Source: a virus (Duplodnaviria; Caudoviricetes). From it: a stretch of DNA of 64,000 nucleotides. Both the position numbers and the translations under genes were made by a program. Positions within the stretch are counted from its first letter, which is position 1, and the number at the start of each line of letters is the position of its first letter. Below are positions 36,204-44,990 of the stretch, piece by piece. The stretch covers positions 1 through 64,000 of the IMG/VR virus record IMGVR_UViG_3300029288_000079; one strand, written 5' to 3'. The notes under the pieces are model-generated. The model searched no databases. It was given only the letters and a program-made list of their open reading frames with translations, and was not told the origin of the DNA.

Positions 36204-36521
36204 CTATAAACTATTTTTATCTTCATCCATTAATGTGCCGGTAGAATCAATACGCTGGATAGGTATTATTGTGCCGAATATTTTGCTAATTTCTTCTTTG
36301 GATGAATAATAGTAATCACTTATTGCCATATTCCCGAATAGACTATTATATACCCAGCGATATTTCATTACTTTCTTTTTAGGCATAGTAAACGTCTCTT
36401 CTTTTTGACCGACGAATTGCCATAAGGAAGGGCCTCCTTCTACATGCGCTCTATCATCTTCTGAATTAGGTGTTACATAATGGTAAAGCCCATTTCTATG
36501 TAAATATGCATTTACTAACAT
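36204..36521 (-). CDS. hypothetical protein
   Basis: 105-aa ORF with AAGGAG RBS. Confidence 0.6.
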   Translation of the reverse strand: MLVNAYLHRNGLYHYVTPNSEDDRAHVEGGPSLWQFVGQKEETFTMPKKKVMKYRWVYNSLFGNMAISDYYYSSKEEISKIFGTIIPIQRIDSTGTLMDEDKNSL

Positions 36522-36772
36522 GGTATTTCTCCTTTAATTGGTTCATTAATTCTTGCCAAAAGCCATAGCAATCCACTAATTATCAACATTGCTCCACAAC
36601 TCGACCAATGATCTATTTTCATTTCTACACTTATGTTGCCGAAAGACCATATCAGCGTTTCTATGGCTACGGATACACCCATAAATATCATTCCATATAA
36701 GAAAGAAATTATTCTGTGTTCGTTTAGTTCCATAATGTTCTCTGTTCGCAAAAAATATAACCAAAGTTTCAA
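36515..36772 (-). CDS. small membrane protein
   Basis: Two hydrophobic helices. Confidence 0.6.
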   Translation of the reverse strand: MKLWLYFLRTENIMELNEHRIISFLYGMIFMGVSVAIETLIWSFGNISVEMKIDHWSSCGAMLIISGLLWLLARINEPIKGEIPC

Positions 36773-36839
36773 GTTGACCGAATCAACTTGCGTTTTTTAT
36801 TCTAACCTTTCAGCACGGCAGCTTAACCATCCGTTAGAC
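36755..36839 (+). repeat. attC-like site 2 (85 bp, canonical size)
   Basis: ATATAAC-CAAAGTTTCAAGTTGACCG paired with CGGCAGCTTAACCATCC-GTTAGAC. Confidence 0.8.
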
Positions 36840-36847
36840 ATATGTGC

Positions 36848-37195
36848 TCACAGTCCCGCTATAACGCATTCGTCACACACCCGCGTTTTGCCTGTATCAC
36901 TTCTGTCTTGTTGATTTACTACATATCCATAACTCGATCCACAGACATCACAAGTATGTGCCGGACAAAACGCTATGTGCGGTTGTCCTAATTCGTATTC
37001 CACTCCACAGTCAGGACACTTCGTTAATCGCGCACTGCCTAACACGTTGCTCAAGCTGACTGGCGTCAGCTCGTTTTTGTTAAGTATTTTTTCTATTAGG
37101 TCGGCAGCGTCGTAATATCCATTTCGGTTTGCTAAATCCATTGTGCTTCGTAATTGTTCGGTTAAACTTCTTTGGTCATTCATGTCTTGTCGCAC
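36848..37195 (-). CDS. Cys-rich zinc-finger cassette protein translated through an attC arm
   Basis: CPDC, CDVC, CDEC; segment PVSLSNVLG is encoded by the attC 3 left arm. Confidence 0.65.
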   Translation of the reverse strand: MRQDMNDQRSLTEQLRSTMDLANRNGYYDAADLIEKILNKNELTPVSLSNVLGSARLTKCPDCGVEYELGQPHIAFCPAHTCDVCGSSYGYVVNQQDRSDTGKTRVCDECVIAGL

Positions 37196-37242
37196 TTTAT
37201 TTCCTTTCTGTTTACGCCAGCAGCTTCGCTTAATCGTTGGGT
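37037..37242 (+). repeat. attC-like site 3 (206 bp)
   Basis: GCCTAACACGTTGCTCAAGCTGACTGGCGT paired with ACGCCAGCAGCTTCGCTTAATCGTTGGGT. Confidence 0.8.
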
Positions 37243-37250
37243 GGACGCGA

Positions 37251-37433
37251 TCAATAATCTTCTTTTATGCGTTCATATCGTTCATCCAGTTCCAGAAGGA
37301 CTATAAGTTTATCAATTATTTCTTTCCTTCCAGTTCGTTTACCATTTTCAAACATTGAAAGTTCTCGTTTTGTCCATTGTTTTACTTTTATAGGCTTTAA
37401 TTTTCCCATCTTTTCCTCCAACCAGCAACTCAA
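37251..37433 (-). CDS. small cassette protein (probable start MGKLKP)
   Basis: GGAGG RBS is supplied by the attC R'' box. Confidence 0.55.
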   Translation of the reverse strand: MSCWLEEKMGKLKPIKVKQWTKRELSMFENGKRTGRKEIIDKLIVLLELDERYERIKEDY

Positions 37434-37545
37434 GCTGACGTGATGAGCGTTTTACGTTCTTCCGTTTCAGTTGTAATTCATTATCATATCGGTATTCATT
37501 CATGCTTCAAGTCTTTTCCATGTGCAGTTTATGTTGCCGTTAGGC
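37416..37545 (+). repeat. attC-like site 4 (130 bp)
   Basis: CTCCAACCAGCAACTCAAGCTGACGTG paired with TGTGCAGTTTATGTTGCCGTTAGGC. Confidence 0.75.
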
Positions 37546-37761
37546 TGGTGGCACTTCTCTGTACAAGCTCGCAATCAATAACCTATCCTCGTGTTTCGGG
37601 TTTTCTTTTTCGTCATTAACCACTGCAAACCAAGTGCCTGCAAATTTTTCCAGTCGCACAAATTTAACAGGGCAAGTACCATACCATAGCACTGTACCTT
37701 TTTTCATAAATCTTGCGTCCTTAAATTTCATCGCTGTTCTCCTTTTTATAAAATGTGCCAC
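37540..37761 (-). CDS. small cassette protein (probable start MKFKDA)
   Basis: AAGGAG RBS; TAA stop lies within the attC R' box. Confidence 0.6.
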   Translation of the reverse strand: MAHFIKRRTAMKFKDARFMKKGTVLWYGTCPVKFVRLEKFAGTWFAVVNDEKENPKHEDRLLIASLYREVPPA

Positions 37762-37762
37762 C

Positions 37763-37875
37763 GCCTAATACGGCTTCAACTTTGACAGAATTAGCTTTGG
37801 TACGTTTGTCCATATCTTTTGATTTTTTCATTGATTCGCTCCCCTCCTGTTAGTAGTTTGCATATTGTATCGGCT
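37763..37875 (+). repeat. degenerate attC-like site 5
   Basis: GCCTAATACGGCTTCAACTTTGACAG paired with CTGTTAGTAGTT; R' eroded. Confidence 0.5.
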
Positions 37876-37880
37876 TATCA

Positions 37881-39404
37881 TCATCCTAGTTCCTTTGCTA
37901 ATTCTTCTAATGTGCATTTGCTTACGTCACGTTCTATTAACTTAAACTCAGGCTCCGACTTATAAATCTCCAATCTCCTTTTAGAATGCTTTGAAATATA
38001 CCTAACATCATGATAAAAGTCAATAATTCCACAAGATATTTTTCCTTCTGCAGCCGTGATAGATCTCATACGCTGTAATGTAGAAATACTACTCAATCCT
38101 CCGGCAGCATTTATAGTAAAATCTAAACTTAACAAATCTATACCCTCCTCAAACAATGTTGATATACAGCACATAATCTTTTTTTCACGTATTTTTTGAA
38201 TAACATCAACTCTTCTATCAGTCTTATCTTTTCCAGTCAAAACTACAGAATTTTTTATGGCCTTGTGCAAAACATTGGCATGATAAATTGTATCAGTTTG
38301 TATAATCACAGACTTATTATTATTATTCAAAGACATAACCAGTAAATTAATTAAACCTATAAAAAATTTATTTTCAACTACTGCTTGTTTATAAACTGTA
38401 GGATATGCTGCATCAATATCAAATTTTGGTAATTTATAAAAATATATTGTAGGACGTAATAAAAAACCCTCTCTAATAAGCTCTGAATATGTTACAGTAT
38501 GAATTATATCACCAATAGCTTCTTCTACCAACATATCTTCATCTTTATCTGCAAAAGGAGTAGCTGTTAGACCTATCTTTAATTCCGCATTAGTACATTT
38601 ACTCAGTACAAATTTACTCGTATTTGATAAACTATGATGAGCTTCGTCATAAAACACTAATTTAGCTTTTTTAAGTAATATTTGAATTAATATTTTTTGT
38701 TTCTTTTCTATTGAAAGCTCTTTATCTAGATCTTTTTCTTTTATTTCCTTACTATAAGCCGAAAAAGCACTTTGAACAGTAACTATAGTTATATCCTGTA
38801 TATCTACTTTACCATCCCCTACAATGCCTACAGTTATATCAGGAAGAAACTGATGAACTCTATCCAAAGTCTGATAAGCAAGATCTAAACTTCTACAGAA
38901 AAATACCACAGGAAATTTACGTTCCGAGTCCACTATCGCAATAAACATCAAAGTTTTACCTGACCTCATAGGTGCTTTTAAAATTCCAAAACGTTTTTCT
39001 ACACAACTTTGAGCTGCCAATAATTGATATGGTCTCAATTCATAAGTATTAGATTTTTGTACAAACTGCTCGGAACGAGGTTTATCAATAACATTAACCT
39101 CACAGCCATGTTTCTGCAATATATTAATAACTCTATTTAAAAGACCTACACGAAATGTTTTTGTTTTGGCATGATAGAGATGGTACTGACCATCCCATTG
39201 ATGATTTTGAAATTTTGGTGAGAAAAAGTAATTTTCAGCGTAAAAAGAAAGTTCATTATATATTATTGCTTCTAATTCTGTAGGAAGTTCTGTAAGAAAC
39301 CTGCACCACACAGAATAGAATTGTATATCTACTATAATATTAAACTGTTGATCTATGTCTTCAGAAATCTCTTCATGAAATATATCAACATCTATTTTTA
39401 CCAT
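37881..39404 (-). CDS. superfamily 2 DNA helicase (UvsW-like)
   Basis: LRPYQ, APMRSGKT, DEAHH, GLTATP, EEGID. Confidence 0.9.
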   Translation of the reverse strand: MVKIDVDIFHEEISEDIDQQFNIIVDIQFYSVWCRFLTELPTELEAIIYNELSFYAENYFFSPKFQNHQWDGQYHLYHAKTKTFRVGLLNRVINILQKHGCEVNVIDKPRSEQFVQKSNTYELRPYQLLAAQSCVEKRFGILKAPMRSGKTLMFIAIVDSERKFPVVFFCRSLDLAYQTLDRVHQFLPDITVGIVGDGKVDIQDITIVTVQSAFSAYSKEIKEKDLDKELSIEKKQKILIQILLKKAKLVFYDEAHHSLSNTSKFVLSKCTNAELKIGLTATPFADKDEDMLVEEAIGDIIHTVTYSELIREGFLLRPTIYFYKLPKFDIDAAYPTVYKQAVVENKFFIGLINLLVMSLNNNNKSVIIQTDTIYHANVLHKAIKNSVVLTGKDKTDRRVDVIQKIREKKIMCCISTLFEEGIDLLSLDFTINAAGGLSSISTLQRMRSITAAEGKISCGIIDFYHDVRYISKHSKRRLEIYKSEPEFKLIERDVSKCTLEELAKELG

Positions 39405-39435
39405 GTAATTAATTTACCCTTAAAATTAAATTAAA

Positions 39436-39531
39436 ATGTATTGAGATCCTCTCAGCCTGGAGCACAGGGACTTAAAGCAGACCCTATAACGATCTACGAC
39501 TTAGCTACATCACTCTGAACCCCAATACCAT
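39436..39531 (-). ncRNA. structured leader or small RNA, about 96 nt
   Basis: Closing stem GTATTGGGGTTC/GGATCTCAATAC; inner ATAGGG/CCCTGT; begins right after a sigma70-type promoter. Confidence 0.55.
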
Positions 39532-39538
39532 TATATTT

Positions 39539-39567
39539 AATATAAATAAATTAATCGTAAATGTCAA
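39539..39567 (-). promoter_or_regulatory. sigma70-type promoter
   Basis: TTGACA-17 nt-TATATT. Confidence 0.75.
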
Positions 39568-39572
39568 ACTGC

Positions 39573-39887
39573 TTACACCTTTAATTTTGGTATTTTAAAT
39601 ATATGAGTTATTTTATGTATAGGATTACCATAAGTATCATAAACCCAACCCGATCTCTGCAATCCTGATTTCTTATTAAGTATTTTATCTATACTAAAAT
39701 TACATGACCAATTATCAGGAGCTAATGATTCTAAACCATCAATAGTATCTCCCTTAAAACTATTACTAACAACTAAAGCTCTAGAACCATCTTTAAGTTG
39801 TACTATATCATTAACTTCAAGATCCTTAGTGTTAAATTTTTTCCAGCCCATATATTCTCCTAGATTGCTGGTGGAATAAGAACCCAT
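39573..39887 (-). CDS. hypothetical protein
   Basis: Probable start MGWKKF after AGGAG. Confidence 0.6.
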   Translation of the reverse strand: MGSYSTSNLGEYMGWKKFNTKDLEVNDIVQLKDGSRALVVSNSFKGDTIDGLESLAPDNWSCNFSIDKILNKKSGLQRSGWVYDTYGNPIHKITHIFKIPKLKV

Positions 39888-40180
39888 CCTGCATTACGTA
39901 ATTCAAATAAAATTTGTTGGGTATTAATATCACCAGGAACAACATCTGCTGTGTCGGCTACAGCTGTAACAACGCTATTACGAGCAATAGATTCAGCCAA
40001 TCCGTCTAATGCTGTTGCAGATGGAGATTGCGGCGTGGGTATAATAACAAATCCTAGAGATTCTATAGCACCTAGAACCTCTCTAAGAAAAGATTCACTT
40101 AATGGATTTTTATCCATTGATACTACTGCATTATCCAATCTAAAGGATAATTCTTTCTGTAAATCAATAATTTCTAACAT
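39860..40180 (-). CDS. hypothetical protein
   Basis: 106-aa ORF with AGGAGG RBS. Confidence 0.6.
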   Translation of the reverse strand: MLEIIDLQKELSFRLDNAVVSMDKNPLSESFLREVLGAIESLGFVIIPTPQSPSATALDGLAESIARNSVVTAVADTADVVPGDINTQQILFELRNAGWVLIPPAI

Positions 40181-40188
40181 AAAACCTC

Positions 40189-40920
40189 CTAAAAAGTTGT
40201 TCGTATTGATACTGCTCTATTATTTAATGCATCTTGCCCCGTTAATTCAATTATACCATTTACTTTAATTTTGAAGCTTCTTTTATTAAAATAACCCTTA
40301 ATATTATTAAATATATCCTGCAAACTTACTTTATCTATATCTCCATCATTCCAAAATGCTGCTTGAGGAAACATATCAAACTTAGTTAATTTTTGCACTA
40401 TATCCAACATATTTTCAAAAGAATTTAATGTAGCTATATTTAATATAAGTCTTAATTTAGATTGAGTTCCTGGAAGCTCTGAAATCCTTATAGGTATCTC
40501 AACTCCAATAAAAGGATATTTTCCTAATTCCAAATCATATATATATATACAAGACATGGGAAAGAAACTCTTTGTATGTCTTGTAGTAACCCTCTCCATC
40601 ATAAGATAAAATTGAAACTGATATTTTCTTACTGTACAAATATGCTTCATCCTATTTAAAATATCATTGGCACATTCTGTGGAACAAATAGATCCCCCAT
40701 ACTGGTAAAGCTTATCACTTATATCTAAAGCATCGATTACGCTACCCGAAACATTGGGTCTCCTATCAATAGCCTCTAACATAATAGAAACTATCACATC
40801 CGTGTGTCCCTTACCTCTTTTAGAATACACCATTGGTAACTTAACATTATCAACTTTCACGATATCCATAGTTACTCCACATTGCACCCAAGTTAATACC
40901 ACATCTATTATAATAACCAC
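40189..40920 (-). CDS. degenerate GTP cyclohydrolase FolE2-like (T-fold) protein
   Basis: VKVDNVKLP, FQFYLMMER, IGVEIP and GTQSKL follow the FolE2 layout, but CPC and His ligands are absent. Confidence 0.4.
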   Translation of the reverse strand: MVIIIDVVLTWVQCGVTMDIVKVDNVKLPMVYSKRGKGHTDVIVSIMLEAIDRRPNVSGSVIDALDISDKLYQYGGSICSTECANDILNRMKHICTVRKYQFQFYLMMERVTTRHTKSFFPMSCIYIYDLELGKYPFIGVEIPIRISELPGTQSKLRLILNIATLNSFENMLDIVQKLTKFDMFPQAAFWNDGDIDKVSLQDIFNNIKGYFNKRSFKIKVNGIIELTGQDALNNRAVSIRTTF

Positions 40921-41058
40921 CCATTATACTGTGTCAAGTAACTCACACACTTTTTGTAATAACTCTATTTGAGATAAATATAAATCAGCTAATAATTGAT
41001 TCCCAACTTGAGGTGAAATACTGTTCCTGCAAGATGCATCAAATATTTTTTTAGACTC

Positions 41059-43494
41059 CTACATGCAAGTTGAATTCCCGCAAGAATGACAAGTATAACA
41101 CCCACCATTACGCCTTAACTCTCCACCACAATCCTTACAATTTGTGCCTTTGACCACAGTTCCATCTGGAATATATTTCTTTAAAGCTCTAGCTAATGAT
41201 TTAGAAAATGATTGCATATCCCCATTTATTTTTTCACACTGCTGAACAACAAAATCTAAATCAACTCCATGACGTAAACAGGTAGAAACCATTCTAGTTA
41301 AGGCTTCTTCTTCATCTTTCGAATAGTCTACAATATTTTCTAATATAATCTCATCCTGCTCATTCAAAAGTTTGTAATGACCCCGCTTAACTTTAACAAT
41401 TTTTCCTTTATTGGTTTCTTTTACATCAAACTTATTTTTTCCTGAAAATACCTCATATAAGGACCCTTCAAGCATACCTACTGCTACAAAATAAGTATTA
41501 TCTCTTACTTTTATATGATGAATATCTGCCAACAGTTCTTTAGGACGCTTCGTTACTTTCCCATCTGCTGTTTTTTCTAGTTTACTTTTATTATCAGATT
41601 CAATAAGAACTCCGCTACGAGAATTTTTACGATATACAGTAACCCCTTTTAATCCTAACTCCCATGCTCTCATATAAATATTTTTTACAGTATCAATTGT
41701 AACATTTTCCGGCAAATTTAATGTTGACGAGATAGCATGGTCAACATGTTGTTGGGCCCCTGATTGCAATAGCAACCTATCCTCCCAAGCAAGATCCTCT
41801 GCACAACACTTATACCAAGGTGACTTTTTAATATCTTTTTCTCCAGTTACTACCCGCCATTCCAATATTTTAGAATGCATCACTTCAAATTCCCGCCACT
41901 TATCACCACTAGCATCTACAAAATCCACTTTTACATCTTTTTCATTACCTACTATTTTTTTTCTACGTTTATATGATATCTGAAATAAAGGTTCAATACC
42001 AGATGTTGTCTGTGTAAGAATACTCATTGATCCCGCTGGAGCTGTAGTTAATAATGCTATATTCCTACGACCAAACCTAACCATATCATCATATAATTCG
42101 GGATCCTCTTTAGCAATACGTTGTATGAATGGGTTTTCTAATTCTCTAGTCATATCATAGATTGGAAAAGAACTAATCTCTTTAGACATATCTACAGAGG
42201 ATCTATAACAACTAAGTTTGAGAATTTTGTATATTTTTTTAGTTATTCTTATGCTTTCTTCGGATCCATATGCAATACCTTTAGCAGCAAAAACATCTCC
42301 CAAAGCAGTTATACCACATCCTGTACGCCTTCCTATTCTACAAACTGATAATACTTTTTCCCACAAATTCAATTCACGAATTTTTATATCAATACTTTCA
42401 GGATCTTTATGAATCTTTTGTATAATACGCTCTATACATTCTATCTCTAAGTCTATAATATCATCCGCAAGACGTTGCATTATTATAGCGTCATGACTAA
42501 ACTTCTCATAATCAAATTTTGCTTTATCTGTGAATGGATCTATTATATAACTATAAAGATTTATGAGAATAAGACGACAGGAATCCAATTCTGAAAGTGG
42601 AATTTCTGAGCACGGATTTGTACCCTGTGTACGAAAACCAAGACTCGCATAGCAGTCTGCTGGACTTTCTTTAATAATGGTATCCCAAAATAACACTCCA
42701 GGCTCTGCATTATTCCTTGCTTGAGTTATCAAAGCATCCCATAACTCCCTGGCATTAATTTTCTTTCTTATTATAGGTTCATTACTGTCTACAGGCCATT
42801 TAAGTATATAATCTTTGTCTTTCTTAATTGCATTCATTAATTCATCAGATATTTGTACAGAAATATTAGCCCCAGTAACCTTTGTGAGATCCTGTTTTGC
42901 ATTTATAAAGTCCATTATTTGAGGATGCTTGTCAAATAAAGATATCATAAGAGCACCCCTACGTCCACCCTGACCAACTTCTCTAATTGTATTCGAGAAC
43001 CTCCCCATAAATGGAACAATACCCGTAGATGTCTTTGCAGCATTTTTTGTAACAGCACCCTCGGGCCTCAAATTTGATATATTTACACCATTACCACCCC
43101 TACGCTTCGCTATGCTTACAAGCTGTTCATCTGTATATATGATACCAGAATAACTATCTTTCGGCGACTCTACTAAAAAACAATTTGATAAGGAAACATA
43201 TTGATATGGATTGCCAACCCCAAATAAAACACTGCCTTGTGGAACTATGTACTTGAAATGATCTAAATATCCAAAAATCTCATCTTCTGTCAATGGTATT
43301 TTAAACTTTGTTTTTTCAATTCTTACAAACTCTTTTGCTAGTCTTCTAAACATCTGTTCTGGTGTAGATTCTAATAGATTCCCTTCATTATCACGTAAAG
43401 CATATTTATCCAGAAATACAGACGCGGCTAATTCATCTCCTCCAAAATATTCAACTGACTGACGTAAGGCTTCATCCTCATTATAATACTGCAT
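41059..43494 (-). CDS. nrdJ: class II (B12-dependent) ribonucleotide reductase
   Basis: FLDKYAL, SLSNCF, QGGRRGALM, TNPCSEI, APAGS, ISSTLN, KGVTVYR; C-terminal TSCPD-like region and CxxC. Confidence 0.93.
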   Translation of the reverse strand: MQYYNEDEALRQSVEYFGGDELAASVFLDKYALRDNEGNLLESTPEQMFRRLAKEFVRIEKTKFKIPLTEDEIFGYLDHFKYIVPQGSVLFGVGNPYQYVSLSNCFLVESPKDSYSGIIYTDEQLVSIAKRRGGNGVNISNLRPEGAVTKNAAKTSTGIVPFMGRFSNTIREVGQGGRRGALMISLFDKHPQIMDFINAKQDLTKVTGANISVQISDELMNAIKKDKDYILKWPVDSNEPIIRKKINARELWDALITQARNNAEPGVLFWDTIIKESPADCYASLGFRTQGTNPCSEIPLSELDSCRLILINLYSYIIDPFTDKAKFDYEKFSHDAIIMQRLADDIIDLEIECIERIIQKIHKDPESIDIKIRELNLWEKVLSVCRIGRRTGCGITALGDVFAAKGIAYGSEESIRITKKIYKILKLSCYRSSVDMSKEISSFPIYDMTRELENPFIQRIAKEDPELYDDMVRFGRRNIALLTTAPAGSMSILTQTTSGIEPLFQISYKRRKKIVGNEKDVKVDFVDASGDKWREFEVMHSKILEWRVVTGEKDIKKSPWYKCCAEDLAWEDRLLLQSGAQQHVDHAISSTLNLPENVTIDTVKNIYMRAWELGLKGVTVYRKNSRSGVLIESDNKSKLEKTADGKVTKRPKELLADIHHIKVRDNTYFVAVGMLEGSLYEVFSGKNKFDVKETNKGKIVKVKRGHYKLLNEQDEIILENIVDYSKDEEEALTRMVSTCLRHGVDLDFVVQQCEKINGDMQSFSKSLARALKKYIPDGTVVKGTNCKDCGGELRRNGGCYTCHSCGNSTCM

Positions 43495-43536
43495 ATGTAT
43501 CTCCTTGTCATTCGCATATTATTTGTTTTATTAAAT

Positions 43537-43989
43537 TTAAAATGTAACGCCAATAAATTTCTCAGATGTTAAAACTTTATCCATCAACTCTTTTATAAGA
43601 TCCGGATCCAATCCACCATTCCCGGTCCCTATTAAAGGAATATATACCTTCTCCGGATAATTATCTTTTGTGTCCTGTAACCACCTGAGAGATTTTGCTA
43701 CTGTAGCAATATTAGCCACACCTTGCCAGCTAAGGTGAGGACTTTTTACATTGAGAGGCTTCGAAGGTATTAAAATAAGTCTGTAATCCTTATAGTAAAC
43801 TCTAGTAGTTAATAACTGACAATCCCTGCCATAAATCTTGGGTAATTCTGAAAATATCTGAGCCGCATCCTTGGCCAGTCCTGCACCCATCACATTACTA
43901 CCATCATGCTTCCAACCTTCATTAGTAGGTATTACAATGGTAGAACCTAGCTTATAATAAATCCAAATGTTCCCATTCTTCCAATTCAT
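43537..43989 (-). CDS. macrodomain (ADP-ribose hydrolase-like) protein
   Basis: VIPTN, VMGAGLA, PLIGTGNGGL. Confidence 0.85.
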   Translation of the reverse strand: MNWKNGNIWIYYKLGSTIVIPTNEGWKHDGSNVMGAGLAKDAAQIFSELPKIYGRDCQLLTTRVYYKDYRLILIPSKPLNVKSPHLSWQGVANIATVAKSLRWLQDTKDNYPEKVYIPLIGTGNGGLDPDLIKELMDKVLTSEKFIGVTF

Positions 43990-43997
43990 ATCTGCCT

Positions 43998-44357
43998 CTA
44001 TACAATCTTTAAAGATGGCATCTTTATATCTACCCTAGCCGGAGCACCATTCTGCTCCATAGCACATACCGCCATTGCAGCAACCTTACGCATAATATCC
44101 ATTCCTTCTTGATCTGCTATTTGTTTTGGTTTACGAGAAAGAATATGCTTAGCTTCATTTACATAATCTTCTATGTAAACAAACCATTCTTCTACTGAAT
44201 GGACTCCATCACTTGTAGTAGTCTCAGATGTCCATCTTTTATCTTGATAGTCTCTCTCACCATTAATAAGCTCATATACAGATAATCTATCCATTTTATT
44301 CTCCTTGAAATTAGATTTATTTATATAATAGTTAATTTTTTCCATATAGCGCAACAA
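43998..44357 (-). CDS. helical protein, MazG/NTP-PPase-like
   Basis: ERDYQD-RW, EEW, RKVAAMAVCAME; probable start MDRLS. Confidence 0.5.
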   Translation of the reverse strand: MLRYMEKINYYINKSNFKENKMDRLSVYELINGERDYQDKRWTSETTTSDGVHSVEEWFVYIEDYVNEAKHILSRKPKQIADQEGMDIMRKVAAMAVCAMEQNGAPARVDIKMPSLKIV

Positions 44358-44875
44358 TATTCAATCTGAAACAAACAATCGTCTATAGGTAGATGTGCTG
44401 TTCCAACAATCTGACAGTTTCTTTTTATCTCGGGTGCAAAAGACACTAAAGTTCTTAAATCTCTCTCTAATCTAAAATTCCAAGGTATTTGATGTTTAGT
44501 AGCTGTATAAGCATCCTCTAAAATACCAAGATCAAAGCGAGGACTATTACCCCATATCTGTAAATTTTCTGTCCCCAAGTCTTCTAAAAATAGTCTAAAT
44601 TTATGAAGCACTTCTGATATATTTTTTCCTCCTACAGAAATCTCTTGCCTAGCTTTGTCACCTTGAGATAACCACCACTCAATAGTATCACCACCAACCT
44701 TTAATCCTATGTCCAAGCAAGATTGAATAGAAGCCTTCTCATAGAAACTACGACCTGTCTGACCCGTTGCAATATCAAATTCTATCGCTGCAATAGAACA
44801 TATAACAGATTGACTCTTGTTTCCCATTGTTTCTATATCGATCATTAAATCACCAAGATTACCTGTCTGTCCCAT
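44321..44875 (-). CDS. DEDDh 3'-5' exonuclease (Rv2179c-like)
   Basis: MIDIETMG, WGNSPRFD, RDLRT, AHLPIDDC. Confidence 0.88.
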   Translation of the reverse strand: MGQTGNLGDLMIDIETMGNKSQSVICSIAAIEFDIATGQTGRSFYEKASIQSCLDIGLKVGGDTIEWWLSQGDKARQEISVGGKNISEVLHKFRLFLEDLGTENLQIWGNSPRFDLGILEDAYTATKHQIPWNFRLERDLRTLVSFAPEIKRNCQIVGTAHLPIDDCLFQIEYCCAIWKKLTII

Positions 44876-44947
44876 ATTACCTCCAAATTAATTTATTCTT
44901 TAATATGCATATTTAAAAAGACATGTTAGTTACACTTTTCATTACAA

Positions 44948-44976
44948 AGTATAATACAAATTTTCATAAAGGTCAA
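44948..44976 (-). promoter_or_regulatory. sigma70-type promoter
   Basis: TTGACC-17 nt-TATACT. Confidence 0.65.
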
Positions 44977-44990
44977 GTTATTCTTAATAA

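Larger units (their letters stand above)
35086..37875 (+). mobile_element. integron-like gene cassette array (attC cluster, no integrase in window)
   Basis: Five R''-L''...L'-R' palindromes of type TAAC-N-CAAGCTGAC...GCAGCTT-N-CGTTA; cassette ends are mutually complementary. Confidence 0.8.

Noticed and set aside
35086-37875. CRISPR array interpretation of the repeats
   Set aside because: Units are divergent inverted arm pairs with irregular spacing that enclose genes, not identical direct repeats with 30-40 bp spacers
39436-39531. TPP or glycine riboswitch (GCTGAGAG / CTCTCAG)
   Set aside because: The other conserved elements are absent and the downstream gene is a helicase
40924-40938. 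TTGACA and TATAAT upstream of the FolE2-like gene
   Set aside because: The two boxes are only 3 nt apart, so they cannot form one sigma70 promoter
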